A stretch of 64,000 bases of DNA from Octopus vulgaris (GCA_951406725.2 OX597815.1:50282001-50346000); one strand, 5' to 3'. Counted from the first letter of the stretch, positions 38,901 to 54,104 are shown. Made by a program: numbers and translations. The notes: generated by a model from the sequence alone, not told the origin.

Positions 38901-41900
38901 TTTCACTAATTCCAGAATATCTTCAGAGTTTTAATCATTAAGTTTATGTCATTTACATATAGTAAATCATTATTATAAGTACGTATAGATCTCTCTGTTA
39001 AGTACTGTCTCTATTGTTTATTTCATAATATAATGAAGCTGTTAGCTACGTCTTTAACAATGCTGACTTATGTCGCAACATCCGTTTCTTTAGTATATGA
39101 TATATTATATAAGGTGGTGAGCTGGCAGAATTGTTAGAACGCCGGACAAAATGTTTAGCGACAGTCATCCATCTTTATGTTCTAAATCAAAATTCCGCGG
39201 CGACCGACTTTGCCTTTCATCCTTTTGCAGTCGATAAGTATCATTTACGTACTCACTGGAAGTCAATGTAATCGACTTGAACCCTCTCGCAAAATTTCAG
39301 GTTTTGTGCCTATTGTAGACAGAATTAGTATTATTATTGAGCCCAAATATACGGTGCTTCAGTGTCATTTTTATTCTGGCACCAATTGCATGTTATATCG
39401 TATTTGATCGTTGTTCATTCGAGTTTGGGTGAGTTTAGTGCATCCTATTTAGTGTTCAGTGAAGATCATTATTACAACTAGGATTATTGAGACTGGTCCA
39501 CTATGTTCTGGTCTGGTGGGGCAAAACTTTTTTTATACTTCGTGTTTGTTTATTTATTATCACATGTCAGTTTTTTGAGAAGTCCTAGCTCATTGATATT
39601 GGCATTGCAAAACAACATCAATCTCGCAAGTCACCACTCATTTCCCTACCGTAAAATCAATATTGATCGATGGATATAGGGATACTACGTCCATGGTACA
39701 TACAATGCAGTCTGTAAAGCTGCAGGAGTGATTGCATTCATTAATTCTGTTGCTGATCATTTTATTGCTATCACTGATACCTAAATATATTTATGTTAGT
39801 GAACGTATGACTATTGAAAGGAAATATGACAATCTGTATCTGCTAAAGATACTGGGTCTATAAATGGGCTGGAGATCCAGCAATAGGCTAGGAGAGGTGA
39901 TGGTGGTAGTTTCTAGGTCCCTAGATGTATTTTATTGTTAGCTTGATATTAGCAGGCGGAAATTGTAAGAAGTCATATGGGCAGTAAACAGCTTTTCCGC
40001 ATGTTAGTGCTCCGGCAGTGGTACTTCTCTCATGTCATTAATATGTCGTTGCAGCAACTGGACATAGTTTGGCAATCTGTGTACGTGCATTGTCTGTGGC
40101 CAAGCAAACCATTTCTCTATTTTAATGCGTTGTCTCAGCTTTCACTGGCGCTTATGACTCTAATGACAAGTCGATAGGGTTCCTGCATTCCAGGTTTTCT
40201 TTTGTATTTCTATTGTACTACTTTAGAATTTACCTTTTTTTCCAACCAAGCCATTAATAATTTTGCTTCTTGTTCCCTCATCTGGATATGACAGGATGCA
40301 GATTTTTTTTCTTTTTGATCATTGGTAGGGTGCCAGAGTTTCACATCGTTTCATATCATATAATTTCGAGGCGGGTTTGAAGAGATTTAAGAGTTATTAG
40401 TATTGTTTTTACCATCATTAGCAGCGAGTTTTGCATTTTGGTTAGGGTTACAACTAGGGCTAGTATTTGCTAGCTACCATCATCATTATAAGAGAGTTAT
40501 TATTGTTACTAATGTTTATTCGCTAATTTGTATCTAATTTGTCTGAAAATTTTTTTCTCAATTTCTGATGGACGATTGATATTATTGAATACGGCATACA
40601 TCGGTGGTAATTTAAGAAGTAAATGTTTATTCTGTGTCCAATTGTACAACTGGGCACTCCGTCGGTTACGACGACGAGTGTTCCAGTTGATCCCAACAAT
40701 GGAACATTTTTTCGCGAAATTAACGTACAGTTGGCTAAGCACGCCACAGACACATGTACCTTTAACGTAGTTCTCTGGGAGATTCAGTGTGACATACCGA
40801 TTGTGACAAGGCTAGCCTATTGAACTTACAGGCACAACTCATTTTCGCCAGCTGGGTGGACGAGAGCAACGAGAAATAAAGTGTCTTATTCAAGGACACA
40901 ACGCATCTCCGGGAATCGAACCCATGACCTAACGATCATGAACCGAATAACTAAGCACCAAAAGCACGCACCTTCGAAATGTACAGCACCATATACTGTA
41001 TATTGACTGATTTCTGTTAGTATTCGTACATCCTATTAATATGTCAGAATTGAAGTTTTCAGGTAATATCTGTCATAACAATTCTATCATTGCAGTCAGG
41101 GTATCTCCATTTATCTTTGGGGGACTGGTGTCACTGTAGTTGATGTGGTAATTGTTGTTGCTGTTGTTTCACCTCGTTCAGCTTCTGGCGAAAGTATTAG
41201 TTACCGGTTCTGTTTACAGATCGACATTGAGACGACCAGCGTGTCATAGAAACACAATGGATCATTTAACAATATTCTAAAATAAAAGTTATTTCCACGT
41301 AACCAAAAGACTCGACAAGCTACTGAAGAGATGTGTGCGTGCGCATGCGTTGCAAAAGGTTTGTGACTAATGGTGCCCGACATGCAGTTTGGAAAATGTT
41401 TTGCAGTCTGGGCTTTAAACCATTGTTTATGATGGACTCTAGAATGTTTGAAATGGTTTTTAGATGGTGTTAGTGAGTACATTAGTCCTTCATGGTATCA
41501 GTTACGTGATAGAGCCTCATCGAAGTATTCCGTTGCCCCGTTGAGGACAGATTCACCGAACAGTAATGCATTTTTTTTTTTCTGACGGTTATTGGTTCAC
41601 ACTTGTTAATGTTTAGAAGTTGGGGATTAGATATGAGGGTATAATCGGGTCCCATCAAGTTTCTTGACAGGATCAACGATTTTGAGCTTGCCTAAAGTAT
41701 GTCATCCTGAAAGTTAATTTCAATAAGGTCCACTATGAATGCCATCCCCAGACAGTATTCGTTGACCGTTTGAAACTATGGGCCTGCCGTTTCCTGTGCT
41801 GATATGACAACGCCATTAAAAGAACACACACACATATCATGAGAATCCATATGTCAGAAAAATATGCACTCGTATATTTGTCAATAGATTAATTATCATA

Positions 41901-43294
41901 TTGCACGAGTGAGAGAGAGAGGCAGAGATACATATGTATATACATACTTAGGCATTTTAGTGAAATCAGAAATTTGACTTTGGGTGTCATATTTTAGCAA
42001 ACTTGTAAAAGATAAAATGGCAAAGTGTGCTTTACTTTTTACAAAATCAGTACAAGGTATTTTTGTTTCACATACCTTATGTGTGTGTGTGGATGTAGGT
42101 ATGCGTGTCGCTAGAACTATACAGGCCACTTGGAAGTCCTTGAATATGGTGATTGAGTGAGCCAACTAGGAAAGTCCAATTTACTTTTAGATGCTCATAC
42201 ACTTTACAAATATCATGATTTATTATAATATATAATTCTATAAGACTAGGCTCCATTAGTAAGTATGCACGAAATAAGAACCCTTGAGAATTCAATGCTT
42301 CATCAATGAAAATAATGATTGATATAACAGGATAATGATTCAGATTACATGCTATAATCGCCACCACCACCACAATCTACACCACATAAAATATGTTAAT
42401 AATTAGATGCACTAGAAAATTTATGTTCCATATTTTTTTTCATATTTTGGAGTTGATGTATTTCTAGAAAGACAGGTTACATATTTTAGTGGAAATGAAA
42501 GCACTATGTTTGAGATTAATGATAAGAATACATTTCAAAGCAGTAGTTTCATAGCTCTGTATTACAAGAACTAGCTATTTCAGCTGTATTTGGGGACCAT
42601 ATAATATGGGTATGTGAAAATATTATGTCAAAAACATAAGGTTTTAGTGAGTTATTTATAAAACATGAAAAAGCAGATGCTAGAATTTTGTAGTGAGTGG
42701 TCATCTGATTGAGCCAATAGCACAAAAGTTATAGAGGATGATGATTCAAGAATCACAGTCTCATATGCAGAATTAACCAAATTGAAAAAAAATTTTATCA
42801 ATTGAGATTATGCAAGAAATTACTCAACAAAATTTCGATCTATTTAAAATCTAATAACTTCAAGTAGCTTTTATTTAAAGAACATAGACAATGTAGACTG
42901 GAGTGGTCAACCCTGTTTTCAATGCCAACTAATGAAAGCAACTGTCATGTTCCAGTCTTATTATACCTCTCCAGTAAAGAATATTATACTCTGTTGGTAT
43001 AACTGAGCAACATATTCAGAGATAGAATGTTGTGATGCTGATTATGACTATAAACAATAAGGATGGTAGGTATTCTGCATTATAAAGTACAAACACAATA
43101 GGGTTTCATATGTGGAATATAAGGAGTTGAAAATGTTCAGCAATTGAGATTATCTAACAAAAATTCCCTGTGCTCCTGAATGTTGGTTCTTTTGACTACT
43201 AATTGCTTAGGTAATCTAAGTTAAAGTTTTTTTAATCCACTCTATTACATATATGAATCTCTACTATATTTATATATATTTTGTTTTTGCTCCC

Positions 43295-43535
43295 TTTTAA
43301 AGCCAAGCCAGGCTCATGGGCCCGGTTTCCCAGTTTCAATGGCGCATGTGTTCCCCAGCTGGACAGGACACCAGTCCATCACAGTGTTACTCATTTTTGC
43401 CAGCGGAGTGGACTGGAGTAACGTGAAAGAAGTGTTTTGCTCAAGAACACAACACGTCGCCCGGTCCAGGAATCAAAATCACAATCTTACAATCATGATG
43501 CTGACACCCTAACCACTAAACCACATGCCTCCACA
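43295..43535 (-). mobile_element. tRNA-derived SINE, fourth family
   Basis: Reverse complement of ggaggcatgtggtttagtggttagggtgtcag...gattcctggaccggg. Sister copies at 54712-54950 (+) and 40770-40975 (-). Confidence 0.8.
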
Positions 43536-45856
43536 TATTTATATTTAGTATGCAGAAATTTCTCTTTCTCAAGATATGTTCCTTTAGCCATATTGTTAGT
43601 TCAATAATATTGGTTGACATATCTTCTACAAGAGAAAATATACTCACAGCAGAAATTGGGGAGTCAGTTAAATATTTGATGGATATAAGGAATATATTTT
43701 TATTTGATGGAGATTTCTAATTTACAACTCCAGCAAATTAGATCAATGGGTTAGTTGATACCTCTTGACCCCAGCACTTGACTGTTACTTTATTTTATCA
43801 ACTCTGTTAGGATGAAAGGCAAAGCTGACCTCATTGGGATTTTGAACACAGAATGTAAAGTAGTAGAAGAGATAATACAAGGCATGTTATCAGAGGCTCT
43901 AACAATCCTGCCAACCCACAGCCTTCATGAAGATGCAGTTCTTTCAAAAGATACAAAAATTATGCTGGCTGCTCTTGATTGCCAAGCATTTTAGTGGACC
44001 ACTTCAATTTGTTGTTGTACAAGCCTTCATTGACTTGAAGAAGAAAAAATAGAATAATGTACCTGCATAATCTTTGGTAAGCCAGTTGAAAGTAGCTGTG
44101 TTTCAAAATTCTCGGAATATGCTATCAAAAGAATCAAAGGGAATGGGTTTTTTTGCTCTCAGAAAGATGAAATGTGAAAGTATTTTTGCTATGTGTTAGT
44201 TGGTTTTAATATTTGTTGAAGATTGTCATCAGATTAAGGAGAACTTATTGGAGATTGTAGTGAGATAAAGGAGTAGTTAAAAATAACCTGTTATGGGTGG
44301 AATGGAAATTTTAGAAATTATGATGGATGGAGTTTAGATGTAAGGAAGAGGTTTTAAGTTTCAGAAGTTTGAAATTTGAGTGAAGACGCCAGTAGAAGAG
44401 ATGAAAAATTGTAAATTATTGATCCATGTCCATCTACTGTAGGTATTATTTTTCAGTGACAAGGGTGGTGTATTGGTAGAATCAATAGAGAGCTGGTAAA
44501 AGCACCTCTTTATTCCATGTCTTTTCATTCTGAGTTCAACTCCCACTAAGGTCGACATTGTCTTCCAGCAAAAAAGTGCAAGTCAAGTAATGAGATCAAT
44601 TTGATTGCTTAATACTACCAAGTTTCAGGTCTTATACCTATAATAGAAACCATTATATAAGATGGTGAGCTGGCAGAATTGTTAGCACATTGGATAACTT
44701 GCTTAGTGGCATTTCATCTGTCTTGACATTCTGAGTCCAAATTTTGCTGAGACTGACCTTACCTTTCATCCTTTCTTGATCAATAAAATAAGTACCAGTT
44801 GGGCACTGGGGTCAATGTAATCAACTTGCCCCCACTCCCATAATTTCAGGTCTTGTCACTAAAATAGAAAAGATTACTATACACTGATATATTTAGGCTA
44901 GCGTTCTTATTTTGCTTGTTATAGTCACTGTGATTCTGCCAGTATACTCTCTGGTTGTATTCAGCAACAGTCTCTGAATTTCAAACCAAACCCTTTACTA
45001 AATACATGAGTGTAGAGAGTTCTCTTTCTGTTGTCCATACCAGGGATATTTCTCTATTTGTTATTCTACTTCTGATGCCACTTCACTCCACTTCGATCAG
45101 AATATATTCACTATCCTTTATTAGTGTGAAATTATGATAATTCTTCATCTCCAAAATTTCAGACAATTTATGTTTATAATTTTTCTTTGACCTGGTCTTT
45201 TGTGTTTACGCTTGAAGTCTTTTCATCCCCATTAAACTTGGGCTCATATTTCAGAGTTCTTGTTTGTGTAGAGGGTGTGAAGCTGGAATAAAAAATTAAC
45301 CATATAAAAGCAAATTTGAATGAATTATGTAATTAGAGCTTCTGATAGAGAATACATCCTTTGATTTATCTTTGATTCTTGTAAATACCATGTTTTAAGA
45401 AGAGAACCAGTTCCTTTTAAAATTTAATTAAGGTATGTAATTTATAGGAAGCAACTAAACAACCTTTTTAACACTAGTTTATAGTAATACTAGTATTTAT
45501 AGTATTTTGTCTGTCGCTATGTTTTGAGTTCAAATTCCGCTATGGTCAACTTTGCCTTTCATCCTTTTGGGGTCGATAAATTAAGTACCAGTTACGCACT
45601 GGGGTCGATGTAATCGACCGGCCCCCTCCCTCAAAATTTCGGGTCTTGTGCTTAGAGTAGAAAAGAATTTATAGTAATGCAGACACTAATTCATAATAGT
45701 GCTGACACTAAATCTGCATAAGTCAAAATACTAATAAAAGTCATATGTCCTTGTTTATTGACACTGGAATGTTGAAAGCTAAAGTCAATCCTAACAGGAT
45801 TAGACTTTTGAGCATAAAGGGGTGAAATTAAGTTCCCTGACTGTTAGACCACAATT

Positions 45857-46092
45857 TTAAACCTTTAGCATTCAGATTAATTAGTCAAATATAATGCTTA
45901 ATGCTTTAGAATTAATCCCATTGTTTTGAATTAATCTTCCATTATCTTGTAGTTTCAAGATATCTATAAAATAATTGTTTATTTTAAGAAGTACATTGTA
46001 GGGTAGGTGAGAGAGGCTAGATCTAGCTGATTTGAACATTAAACAGGTAGAATATTTGAGCTGGATATGGCCAGTTTAGATGCTAAATCATT
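45857..46092. mobile_element. Decayed piggyBac-like MITE
   Basis: ttaa-acctttagcatt...atgctaaatcatta ends, i.e. a degenerate TTAA/CCC-type TIR. Confidence 0.5.
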
Positions 46093-46869
46093 AGTAGCAT
46101 TCACACAAAGCCTGTATCTCTTTGCATATACGTCTCTTTGCTAGAATTTATCAAATGTTTTTGCATTTCACTTATTTCAGTTTTTGCAAAATTAAAAAAA
46201 AAAATTAAGTTTCAGTACTTCCACTTCCTTAGTATCATGTTACATATTTTCATTTTTTAAAAAAAAGCATTTAGTAGGATTTATATATTTGATCCCATAT
46301 TGATGTGATTTTATGTAGTTATGTAGACAGTAGAAAGGTTTTCTGATGTATTTTATAGTTAGTTCTCAGATACAGCCATTTGATTACCTAAAATAGCCAT
46401 AGAATTTGAACCCATTTCATCTGACTTTGTGTATTTAAATTATAATAAAGTGTTATTAGAATATTAAATGAAAAGTGAAAATGAGTGAATTCAATATTAA
46501 TCAGATGAATATATTGGTTCATTTGTTTGAATATGTAGACTCTTCTTTTGTTTGAACGTGTGAACTTGTGCTGGATATTAATAGTGTATAGTTATAATTC
46601 TCAAGAGCTGGTCAAATTGTAAGCAAATTAAACCCTAAGTTCACTGCCTTCTTTTTCAAACTGTTGGTATACCTTACATATCTAAATCTAAAGGGGTATT
46701 TAGTGGTGTTTAAGATATGAAATATGTATTTGCTCTTGATACATACTTTTAAGTTCTTAAGAAGGAATTAACTGATTTAATTAAACAATTAAACTTTAAA
46801 GCACAACTGTACATAGTAAATGAATTAAAGACAAAGTTTTTCATTTATGCTTAATGAATAATTTAGTGA

Positions 46870-47094
46870 CACATGTATGTATATACATGTATGAATATAC
46901 ATATGTGTGTATATATATGTGCGTGTGTGTATATGTATATATGTGTGTGTATTATGTATGTGTGTATGTATGTGTGTGTGTGTATGTATATATGTGTATG
47001 TGTGTATATATATATGTGTATGTGAGTATATATATGTATGTATGTATGTATGTGTATGCATGTATATATATGTGTGTGCGTGTATGTGTATTTA

Positions 47095-47150
<56 letters not shown>

Positions 47151-47165
47151 AGAGAGAGAGAGAGG
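46870..47165. repeat. Compound (TA)/(TG)/(GA) microsatellite
   Basis: Low-complexity tract that generates several spurious Y/I/V/C/H/T ORFs. Similar tracts at 3308-3395, 7805-7945, 20395-20470, 47420-47630 and 58930-59180. Confidence 0.95.
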
Positions 47166-47459
47166 CAGATGGAGGGAGAGAAAAGAATGCAGACATCTAA
47201 ATTAGAATTTTGGATCAAGTAAATTTAATTCACCCAGTAAGGTGCCAAGTTGTAATGAAATAGTGTGAAAACACAGAGAGGGTTTCAATGACATAGAAAT
47301 TCTACTCTGCTGATGAAACCAGAAAAATAAATTGTCTGAAAGAAAAAATAACTCCAGAATTTGTGATAATGCTTTAATAAGAATTATTATTTTTCTTTTT
47401 GAATGCTGCTGTTTGTGTAGTGTATATACATATATGTGTCAGTGTATGAAAATATATAC

Positions 47460-47526
<67 letters not shown>

Positions 47527-49124
47527 TAGATAGATATATACATACATACAAGAATATATATATAGATATATACATACACATAAGCATATATATATATATA
47601 TATATATACATGTACACACACACACGCACAATGTATATAATGTTCATGTTTATGTAATATATATGAATATCAATAAGAAAATTATCTTATCACATGAGAC
47701 ATGGTTCACCATGTTTTATTTTATAGCCATAAGAAACTGAAGAAGATAGACAATTTTTTTAAAGGATACTATTTTAGTAATTTAGATTAGTCAACTTCAG
47801 GCTACCACAGCATTACTCGATATGAAATCTTTAGCAAAATAACAAACTGATAAGATTAAATTTACTTCATTTTATTCGAGTTGATAAACACAGGGCATGA
47901 ATTCTGTATGTCAGTTTGTCAAAAAATTACAATAATTCATGGTTAAATACTTCAACAGAAAAATGTTCAGCTTTCCTAAAATTTAACAACTATACAACAT
48001 TGGTGTAAAGTATTCTAAGCCGTAGATCACTTGTAATCTATCTCTCATCTAGCTAGTTACTTCCATATTCCTCACTATCTGTCTAGCTACATGTCTCATA
48101 CATTCACATGCAATCTTATACATCAACCAGACCACACAATTTCTCTGTTTTAAAAATTTTTATACGAAGAGAAGGGACAGTGCTCATAGCCTTTTGCAGG
48201 CCCTCCTAGGATTTATGAGATCCATGAGGCTAACGTTCTTCTGCCATTAAGGTATTCATGAACCACAAAGGAATTCCAGGGAGTTGCAGTTCTAAAAGAA
48301 GGATTAGTGACAAAAAAAGGGAATGATTTTCTTATGCCAGTGCTACATAAAGTACAGTTGGGCCAATGCAATGTAAAATGCACTAATATCAATGCCATGT
48401 CAAATGCACTTGTGCTGGTGCTGTGTAAGGTGCACTTGTGCTGGTGCCACACAAAATTCACCCTTGTCAGTAGCACATAAAAAGCATCCACTACACTCTG
48501 TAAAGTGGCTGGCATTAGGAAAGGCATCCAGCCATAGAAACCATGCCTAAACAGACAATTGTTGTCTAGATAGCTCTCTGGCTTGCTAGCTCCAGTCAAA
48601 CAATCCAACTCATGCCAGCATCGAAAATAGTGGTGGTGGTGATGTAAGGAGAAAAAGCTTTTGTCTTGAGTGAGAATTACATACTTCTAGTTCATCAAAT
48701 TGAGCAGGAGTTCTTGTGGCGACAGTAAAAATAAATATGGGTAAAATGTTTATAAATCACTAGAGATTTATGAGCTTTGGTTACATGAGGATTCTTAAAT
48801 TTTGTTTCAAAAGTGCAAATGTGTGTCAGCTTATTCAATGGTTTTTTTGTTTATCTTCCATTTTGATAACTTTTAATCTTTTGGAAGTATATCCCTCTAC
48901 CATTTCAATGGATGCTATGTTTATGAATTTATTCTACATTACCTGCTGGCAAAATGTTTTTAAATGAATTTTTCCTTGTTAACCAGAGGGAAGGAAAAAC
49001 AAAAAATAAACTTGTTACTTTTCTATGTAACAAATGCAGAAGGCACAATGCATAAAAATCTGAAGTAATTCATTAATTTTTTTCAAAAGTTACATAGGAT
49101 AAATCTATTGCAGGAACTCCAATA

Positions 49125-49790
49125 ATAATGATTTCGAATTTTGGTACAAGGCCAGCAATTTTGGGGGAACGCATAAGTCAATTACATCAACCTCAGTACT
49201 CAACTGATACGGAAAGGATGAAAGGCAAAGTTGACCTCAGTGGAATTTGAATACAGAACGTAAAGACAAACGAAATACCACTAAGTATTTTGTGTTAACA
49301 ATTCTTCCAGCTTGCTGTCTTAGGAACTCCAATAATACATATGGCCAGGGCTTCAAATTTTGGCACCACTTCAACAGTTTTAAAGGAAGGGGAGCAATCA
49401 ATTATATTGATCCCAATCTTCGATTAGTGCTAATTTTATCAACCCTGAGAGGATGAATGGCAAAGTTGACCTCCACAGAATTTGAACTCAGACCATAAAG
49501 AGTCAAAAGAAATACTATTAAGCATTCTCTCCAACATGCTAATGATTCTGCCAGCTCACTGCCATGATAATAACAATTATTTCAAATCTTGACAAAAGGC
49601 AAACGGTTTTATGGGGATTGGGTTAGGCAATTACAACAATTCCAATGTTCAACTGGCACTTTGATTATCGACCCCAAAATTATGAAATACAAAGTTGACC
49701 TTGCTGGGATTTGAACTCAGAATGTAAAGAGACAGAAGAAATGTCATGAGGCATTTTTAATCCAATGCTCTAACGATTCCGACAACCCTA
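49125..49790 (-). mobile_element. Three head-to-tail Meta/MESC-like SINE copies
   Basis: Three units ttcaaattttgg...aaagttgacct...gaatttgaactcaga in the same orientation. Confidence 0.8.
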
Positions 49791-50276
49791 AATAATAATA
49801 ATAAGCCTACTTGTATTTATGTGATGTGACATAATGAACCACCTAATCAATAACATACATAGCTATGTATAGTAATGTGTAATGGTCAGTGTATAATGGG
49901 GTTGAAGTTTCATACCCGATGCTGACATATTATGTCGTCGGAGTATGACACTGAATTCTATTTGCATAATGATTTGCTTCTTATTAGAAATCAATATTTT
50001 GAACGACGTATTTAATTTACTAAGTATTTCATTGACTCATAAGTTACCTATTTCATAGACTTTTGCATTAATGCTTTCATTTCTTAAGCTCTTTGACTTA
50101 TACCCTTGGAACTTTCAGATTAAAAGACAGTTGAAACAATGCCAGCTGTATTGTAACACTGACTGAGATAATCACCTAATCACTTCTATATATACAGTAT
50201 ATGTATGCACATGTATGTGTATAGTATATTTATGTACATGCATATATATATGTATACAAACATACATACATACATA

Positions 50277-50318
<42 letters not shown>

Positions 50319-52840
50319 CACACACACACACACATATATATATAATCATAAGGAGACAGAGAATTTTGACAGTGACTTCAAAGTTATGACAAAGCTGGTG
50401 CTTCAGACTCAGTTTGAAATGCTGGCTTAGGCCAAACTTTGAAGCCCTTCTTACCAGTAGGAGGGTTAAAAAAGCTTATGTCACCGTTATAGTTATGTCG
50501 TTGAAGGTTATGTTATTTATCTCCCATTGTCCCTGTACCTCAAGTTGAGAATAACTGCTGTTCTTTACCTAGAACTCATACATGAGAACACTTCATTATT
50601 TGAGATCACTTCCAGTACCATTGATGTAAATCTCCTTGTTTTTAACATATGCACAACTGCAGCATTCATTTCTGGACATGTTGTTACAGTTGTGTTTCAA
50701 TTTCTTGTATTTCATGTGGATGGATGTGAAAAAGTTAATAGAAGCAGGGCTGTGGTGTAAACGCTTATGTCTTCAACCCATTGTTGTTATGAGAATGTAG
50801 TTTGCTGTTACAGTCAGTGCCTTGCGGTACTGAGTATAATATTTTGAAGTTTAAAAGTCTAATGCAACATAACCTTCTGTCACTTGCAAGTGAGTATGGT
50901 TTGGTCTCATGTAACATCTAACATATACCACACTTTCACTAATTGTTTTATAGCACCTATGTAGTTACAAGTGTACACCTTCTCTGATCCATCACCTTTG
51001 ACCCAGTGGAGCATCAAGCACATGACAACTTGTAGAAGAGAGCTGTATCAGCAAATGATTTGAACTCATAATATCAAAGCTGACTGGAACTTATATAATA
51101 CACCACCCAGTCCAGGAATCACCCCCCACCAACCTTACTATCAAGGGTCAAATATATCTAGTCTCTAAGGTACATGCCTTCACATATTGATATATCTGGT
51201 TTGAAAAAGACATGCAATAATTGACTCAGTGTATCACACCTGCATGAGATAAACATTTCATCAACTTCACAAAACTTTTTCATAATTTTAGTATTTCATT
51301 TATGGTCATATATTGGTTTACAGTTCTTATTTAACTTGTAGAATTTTATCAAGCTAGTGTTATGTCCAGCAACATTTCTTAGGTCAAAATGACTGGAATG
51401 AAATAACCACCAACTCAGTTTCTTATGTGTAATTCTGTCAGAAGAATCAAAATTAACGACATTGCTCATAGGTACTAAAACACCTGAAGGTGAGAGGAGA
51501 AAATTCTTGCAGAATTGTTATAATAAAATCATCATTAATAGTAAGGTCAGTTAATAATTGGTATGCTTGCAGCAGAATACATTTGGCACTAAGAGCTAAG
51601 TTAAATCTCACAACTGTCACAAGCACATCTTAGTGTTGTCACTTTGTGTGAAAGCAGACAATAACCAATGATGATTGTGTCAGGTATACTGGTGTTGGCC
51701 AATTCCATCTGTAAATCAGGCGATAATTGAAACTAGTGTTTCTCTTTGCCAGTTCATCCCCTGGCAACAGTAATGCATTTGTTGCTTCTGCTTAGTTATT
51801 TATATCTATTTACAATTACCACCCCTGTGTTAAAGTTTTAAAGTAAATTTACAAGTAATGTGTCGATGCATAAATAATTGCATTTAACCAAGTAAATAGA
51901 AAAATATATTGATACTTAGTGACAAAGATAAATGATTTCCTGATGACTAGAATGAAAGAATGTTGGGAACAAGAAACTAATTTAAAAGTCATAAAACAAG
52001 GAACTAATTAAAAAGTCAAAAAGCTGAGGACAGGTTTACTGGCAAAAGTTTTAATAATGAATATTTCAAATGACAATAAGGGAATTTATATAAATACCAC
52101 AAGAGAACGATAGAATAATTTGTTTAAAGAGATTTTAATGGCTAAGTAATCAATTGTCATTGTTAATCCAGCTAGGGTGGTGGCATTTAGAGATTATTCC
52201 TAATCTGGGATTATTTGTACCAAAATGACAATGGACATATTTTAAATCTCAGGATTTTATCATTTTATTTCATCTATAAATATAATTAGTTTTCAGTTTA
52301 GCATTGGATTCATTGAGATTAAGATACCAGATAGCATTGGCTTTATCATGTACAATTAATTTTTTTTTATGGATTTTGTATTTATGAAAAGATTATTGAT
52401 ATTTTGACTTAATATATGTGGTAACAAGGTAAAATATTTCTTTTCAATTTATGAGAATGAAAAATTTGGCATATTATAAAAGAAAACAAAAACCTTTTAA
52501 TTTAAATTTTTTTTTAAATGATGAAGCTAATGTTGAATAGTTAATTAACTTAACTCCAGTATATTAGTATTTTTGCAATATAAAATGACACATTTCCAGA
52601 TTGTGTTGCTTTAATTACTCTTCTCTCTCTCTCTCTCTCTCTCCCATGTCATCAAAAATGAAATTAAACTAAAATTTAAAATGCTGAATTTAGAGAAAGA
52701 AACATTGGGTATACTGGGACCGATTTAACAAAATCAAATACCTTATATAATCTAATACTTATTTCATTGACCTTTTCACATTATTACCGTTTTAACATCT
52801 GTTTTGTCATTGAAGTAAAATTAATAATAATAATAATAAG

Positions 52841-53147
52841 ATAGATACAACCCTCTTAAGTACGAAATAGCCCGGCTATGAAAAATGAAGGTGAAGATAG
52901 TGCCAATTATTGATGGGTTCTTGGGAACAGTATCAGAAGGCATTAAGAGGAAATTAAAGGAAATTTAAATAGAGTGCCCAGTAAAACTGTAACAAAAGGT
53001 TTGCCTTCTTGGCATGGCCAGAATAATCAGGTAAGTATAATTAGATAGCTAGAAAAAACCAATAGCATGGTAGCGTGGGCTGCAGGTAATAAGCCTGCTA
53101 TGCATGCAAGAAACCAGAGCTCCAACAAAACATGTAATAAAGAGAAA
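52841..53147 (+). mobile_element. R4/Dong-like non-LTR retrotransposon 3' fragment
   Basis: DRYNPLKYEIARL*KMKVKIVPIIDGFLGTVS...QKVCLLGMARIIR. Flanked by (AAT)n on both sides. Confidence 0.75.
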
Positions 53148-53789
53148 TAATAATAATAATGATAATAACAACAACAACAACAACAACAACAATAATAATA
53201 ATAATAATTCTTTCTACTAAGGGTACAAGACTGGAATTTTTGGGGAAGGGTTAAGTCGATTACATCGACCCCAGTACCCAACTGGTAAGTATCTTATTGA
53301 CCCCAAAAGAATGAAAAGCAAAGCCGACTTTAATGGAATTTGAACTCAGAATGTAAGGACAGATGACATACTGCTAAACATTTTGCCTAGTATGCTAACA
53401 ATTCTACCAGCTCATCACCTTAACAATGATAGATGCAATACCAGACACTGGCTCTCATGGCCTCTGATCTTAATTTATTAGAAGTGTTATCATGTACATG
53501 TTTGTCTTGGTTTAAAGGATGGGCTACAGTAAATATTCTGCTCAATACCACAGATTTGCTTGTCTGTTGCTTAACCCTAACCACTTGAGCATGACATTTA
53601 GTGACTGACAATATGAGCATCTCTGATCATGAGCAGAAGTAGTTGGGGAGCATCATGTGTTGAGAAGTCTTTGGGATTTGGATAACTCACCTCTGCAAAC
53701 ATGGGTGTTTCATTCAGCTTCCTTAAATACACCTTATTCAGGGACTTTTTGAATGGGATGGACTACTCGACCTGAAGAAAGAAAGAAAG

Positions 53790-54068
53790 AAAGAAAGATC
53801 AAGAAGGTAGATATAAATCAGGAACTGAAGAGAGAGATAAGCAGATTGTGGGGTTTTAGAAAAAGTGAGGCCATACTAATTGTTGTTGGGGAAGGAGTTC
53901 AAAGGTTGGATGGAAAAGATTGGCTTGCAGAAGCATATAGAATACTAACAACTGGCCTGCTTTTAAGGAATGGCAAAGATCATTTGAAAGTTCTTGGATG
54001 GTTGAGGTCACAAACTACAACTTATTCTATCACAGGGGTGAGATACAAAAATTTTGAAATGAATAAAA

Positions 54069-54070
<2 letters not shown>
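53790..54070 (+). mobile_element. R4/Dong-like non-LTR retrotransposon 3' fragment
   Basis: KIKKVDINQELKREISRLWGFRKSEAILIVVG. Followed by (AAT)n. Confidence 0.7.

Positions 54071-54104
<34 letters not shown>

Noticed and set aside
39900-41830. Coding-like, less AT-rich stretches (also 32220-32740 and 10290-10620)
   Set aside because: Stops in all frames and no motif I can name. Likely old TE relics; unclassifiable without BLASTX.
51419-51545. Open plus-strand segment FLCVILSEESKL...IIINSK with gtcagt donor
   Set aside because: Weak acceptor, no recognisable protein and no phase-linked neighbours.
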